Positions 62,799 to 64,000 of a stretch of 64,000 nucleotides of DNA are shown here, piece after piece. The notes below the pieces were generated by a model. It saw only the letters and a list, made by a program, of their open reading frames with translations, was not told the DNA's origin and searched no databases. Numbering within the stretch: position 1 is the first letter of the stretch; every line of letters begins with the position of its first letter. Both the position numbers and the translations under genes were made by a program. Origin of the DNA: Ptychomitrium polyphyllum (Eukaryota); assembly GCA_973851085.1 (NCBI GenBank), contig OZ316776.1, positions 3,906,001-3,970,000 of the forward strand. Direction: 5' to 3'.

Positions 62799-64000
62799 TA
62801 GGGCTTTCATGGTGATCGGTGACCGTGGCGTGGATCCAAGCTGCAGTGGGAACGGTGCTCGCGGGACCGATGCCCAAGGACGCCCACGCAGCTGCCTTTC
62901 GCACGGGCCGAAGGGATATATTCTCTAAAACCGTCACTATACCGGTGGCCAAAATCATCTATCGCAGACGTACACTTACTCCACCATATCTGAGTGGACG
63001 TAGATAAATGTTGGATTCAGAAACAGTGACAGACTGTTGCTACTGTACAGTGGCTTAACATTATGAGTTTTCGGATGTCGTGTAGTGAAATGTATGTTAC
63101 TGGTAGGTGAAGTTGGTTTTAGGTGCAATGGCGGTCTTAGATATGCAATAAGGTGTTCATTGCTTGAAATAAGATAATGGTTTAATATTATGCATTTAGT
63201 AGATGAAGGCATGAATCTGTTATAAGTTAAAAAAGCTGTCACTACTTTTTGTAAAGTTTTAAGTTTTAGAATCATAGTCGTTTTTTAAGTGAAGAAAAAG
63301 AATTCTTGTCAACTGTACAAGAGCTTTTCTACTGGGGCACCAACTGGCCTTTGCACAGCCAATGCAACTTGGACTCTCCCACCAGTGCCTCAATGACACA
63401 ATTTTAGAAGCTCACTTCATATTCTTATACCTTCCTTAAAAGGTCCAAGGATTTATTGCATTGTTCTCTGTACCTTCAATTTTGGCCTTTGATCATACCT
63501 TGTTTTGTGGAACTTTGTCATTATAATAGAGAGAAGTGGAAGTAGGAGGTAATTTGCTACAACGTAATAGACGGAAAGAGGTTCAATATGACCTTGCATG
63601 AAAAGAAATAATTTTTTCATTAAAAAAGAGTAGTAACCATATAGTAATATTTTTTTATGTCACTTAAGATTATATTGTAGGTAATTAGCCAAGAAGTAAG
63701 GCAATTTTGGGAGCACATTTTTACATGTTATGACAAGTATTGAAGCAAAAGATTCATGCCATGTAGAGCATTATAACTTAGTGTAGTCCAATCAAACAAA
63801 GCATGTTCAAATTCATTGGTGTGCATATATTAAAGATCAACAACTAGCATCATAAGTGCTACAAACACGTTGAAAAAGACACATGAGTTGTAAGAATTGA
63901 AATAAGCCAATTATATAGGCTGCACCTTTAAACATTGTTGGATGTTGTTGAAAGATCATTTGAAGTGGAATGGAAAATTGAATCATACTTAAGCTACCAA

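Overview
Eukaryotic, intron-rich land-plant DNA. AT-rich intergenic blocks, GT-AG introns of about 70-1,100 bp and the gene content point to a moss or other bryophyte (inference). I built seven intact gene models by hand, and each spliced model closes in frame. (1) A single-exon 'PRLI-interacting factor A'-type protein with HEXIM-like motifs. (2) RPA-interacting protein (RPAIN/RIP). (3) PROTEIN TARGETING TO STARCH 1 (coiled coil + CBM48). (4) A 16-exon SLC12/CCC cation-chloride cotransporter with KCC-like motifs. (5) A 13-exon AAMP/SQT1-like WD40 protein. (6) An ATL RING-H2 E3 ligase. (7) A 19-exon, ~2,447-aa minus-strand PHD/ePHD-SET histone methyltransferase with an N-terminal Tify-binding/ULT-like Cys/His domain. 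Also present: a decayed DDX41/RH35 DEAD-box pseudogene interrupted by a 230-bp PIF/Harbinger-type MITE, an unidentified spliced reading frame head-to-head with the CCC gene, and several tandem and simple repeats. The best leads are the HEXIM-like protein (possible plant P-TEFb regulator), the domain-fused SET protein, the KCC-like CCC and the hidden divergent gene. Family assignments come from remembered motifs; no database searches were run.
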